From an uncultured cyanobacterium (GTDB lineage: Bacteria > Cyanobacteriota > Cyanobacteriia > Pseudanabaenales > Pseudanabaenaceae), in contig OY969811.1 of assembly GCA_963703315.1 (NCBI GenBank), forward strand, positions 3,232,001 to 3,296,000: a stretch of DNA of 64,000 nt. Reading direction: 5' to 3'. How positions within the stretch are numbered: the stretch's first letter is position 1; each line of letters begins with the position of its first letter. The notes beneath the pieces were generated by a model, which saw nothing but the letters and a program-made list of their open reading frames with translations, was not told where the DNA came from and did not search any database. Shown here piece after piece: positions 62,599-64,000 of this stretch. The translations under genes and the position numbers were made by a program.

Positions 62599-63045
62599 TT
62601 AGCATCCTGTAACATGAACCAGCACTTCGCGGGTATGCCCCAAGTTGCGATGTTCCCAGACAAAAATTCCTTGCCAAGTACCGAGGGCAAGTTTACCATT
62701 AGCGATCGGGATAGTTTCTGAGGTTTTAGTGATAGTACTGCGAATATGTGATGGCATATCATCAATTCCTTCAGAAATGTGGCGATATTGACTCGCATCT
62801 TCAGGAATGAGTTTTGAGAAAAAGGTTTCCAAATCTGCCAATACATCTGGATCGGCATTTTCTTGAATGATTAAACTCGCGGATGTATGCCGCAAAAAGA
62901 CGTTGCATAGTCCCATCTTGATCCCTGATTGAGCAAGAATAGCTTCCACTTGGCGGGTGATATTGTGCAGTTTTTTGCCATTAGTACGCAGCGCTATGGT
63001 TTGCTGCACCATATATTGCACTGTTTGTGGTTGACCTGCGATCAT
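62599..63045 (-). CDS. YjbQ (UPF0047) family protein
   Basis: HTSASLIIQENADPDV, EG.DDMPSHI, LGTWQGIF.WEHR. Confidence 0.93.
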   Translation of the reverse strand: MIAGQPQTVQYMVQQTIALRTNGKKLHNITRQVEAILAQSGIKMGLCNVFLRHTSASLIIQENADPDVLADLETFFSKLIPEDASQYRHISEGIDDMPSHIRSTITKTSETIPIANGKLALGTWQGIFVWEHRNLGHTREVLVHVTGC

Positions 63046-63073
63046 AAATTTTTCCTCAAAGGCTGTAATTCAT

Positions 63074-63232
63074 TTTTAGCGCGGCTATGCCACGCCGCAA
63101 ACAATCGGTTATTTATTTACTGCGTGTCCCTTACCCCAATTCACAAAAGTGTTGTTACACTTTCGTGAATTAAAAACCAAACCCAGTAAGGGTTTTCAAA
63201 ACTAAAAATGGCTATGCCATTTTTAGTTTTGG
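63074..63232. repeat. Cluster of intergenic hairpins
   Basis: gcgcggc-tat-gccacgc; aattcacaaaagtgt..acactttcgtgaatt; aaaactaaaaatggc-tat-gccatttttagtttt. Confidence 0.65.
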
Positions 63233-63234
63233 TA

Positions 63235-64000
63235 TTACTTAGTATCTAGAAAGGCGCTAACTATGGACAATGCTACCACTGGGGCTGTGATGGCAGACAA
63301 GACCCGATCGCCTAAAGATACTGGTATAAAACCTGCGGCGATCGCCATTGCTTCTTCTCTAGCCGTCCAGCCTCCCTCACAACCAGTAGCAACCATAATT
63401 TGAGCAATATTCTCGGTTATAGGTAGAGCATGATATTCATTGTATAAACTAGTCAACAAATGTGGGGCATCAGGCTGTGTCACACAAATATATTTCAGAA
63501 TTGGCTCACAGTCTTTAGCGATATTACCTAGCCATACCTTCAGGTCTTGTGGTGCATCAATTTCAGGTACATAGTTACGCAGCGAAAGTTCCGAGGCTTC
63601 TTCGGCGATGCGTTGCCAGCGATCGCGTTTTTGATTGCCGATGTCTGTTCCTGACTTAATAATTGTGCGATCGCTAAATAGCGGCACAATTTGGCGTACC
63701 CCTAACTCCGTAGTTTGACGGATCACTGATTCGATATTGCTACCCTTAGGCATCGCGATACCGAGGATAATTTGCGTTGTTAATTCAGAATTATTTTCTA
63801 GTAGAGCAATAATTTCTGCATGATCAAGATCACTAGTTAACTTAGCTAACCACCAGCCACCATTGCGATCGAGGGCGATAAATTCTGCCCCAATTTCCAA
63901 GCGTAATACATTACACAAATAATGTCTTTGCTCAGGAGTTAAGGCGATCGGGCTATTAACTTTTAAAGCTGGCTCGACTTGATGGGGTTGTAAGGTTACC
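63235..64000 (-). CDS. rsmE: 16S rRNA m3U1498 methyltransferase, 5' end beyond the window
   Basis: The frame is open to the window end (..QRHYLCNVLRL); TELGV..I.PL.SDR, RWQRIAEEASE, GCEGGW, VSLGDRVL. Confidence 0.92.
   Translation of the reverse strand, partial: VTLQPHQVEPALKVNSPIALTPEQRHYLCNVLRLEIGAEFIALDRNGGWWLAKLTSDLDHAEIIALLENNSELTTQIILGIAMPKGSNIESVIRQTTELGVRQIVPLFSDRTIIKSGTDIGNQKRDRWQRIAEEASELSLRNYVPEIDAPQDLKVWLGNIAKDCEPILKYICVTQPDAPHLLTSLYNEYHALPITENIAQIMVATGCEGGWTAREEAMAIAAGFIPVSLGDRVLSAITAPVVALSIVSAFLDTK

Overview
Chromosomal segment of a cyanobacterium. Evidence: abundant HIP1 octamer GCGATCGC, psaAB, ictB, ycf46/ycf35 and an hli gene. The protein style suggests a Pseudanabaena-like lineage (inference only). 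Most of the window is housekeeping: radC, sigA, tsaC, rimI, folC, ictB, gyrA, guaA, tal, psaAB, trpG, queD, rsmG, tsaB, rplS-tRNA-Trp-secE-nusG-rplKAJL, hisE, a class A PBP, a YvcK-family gene and rsmE. Accessory material includes a defective IS1-family element splitting a DUF29 gene (9-bp TSD), an AT-rich patch at about 15.0-19.1 kb (Ser/Thr kinase with a recent ~300-bp internal duplication, CFI-box-CTERM protein, truncated HicB, RelE-like TA pair), and a patch after psaB (orphan Nif11-like peptide, IS5 remnant, Gly/Ala-repeat protein, Phd-PIN TA pair). The most striking unexplained signal is non-coding. About 30 intergenic palindromes share a C-[G/A]NA-G triloop on one strand (often GC-GAA-GC or GC-AAA-GC), but their outer arms are locus-specific and in two cases mirror the last codons of the neighbouring gene. 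Several ~80-110-bp TA-bounded mini-element families carry such hairpins and are chained end to end through shared TA dinucleotides. All calls were made by eye, without database searches.
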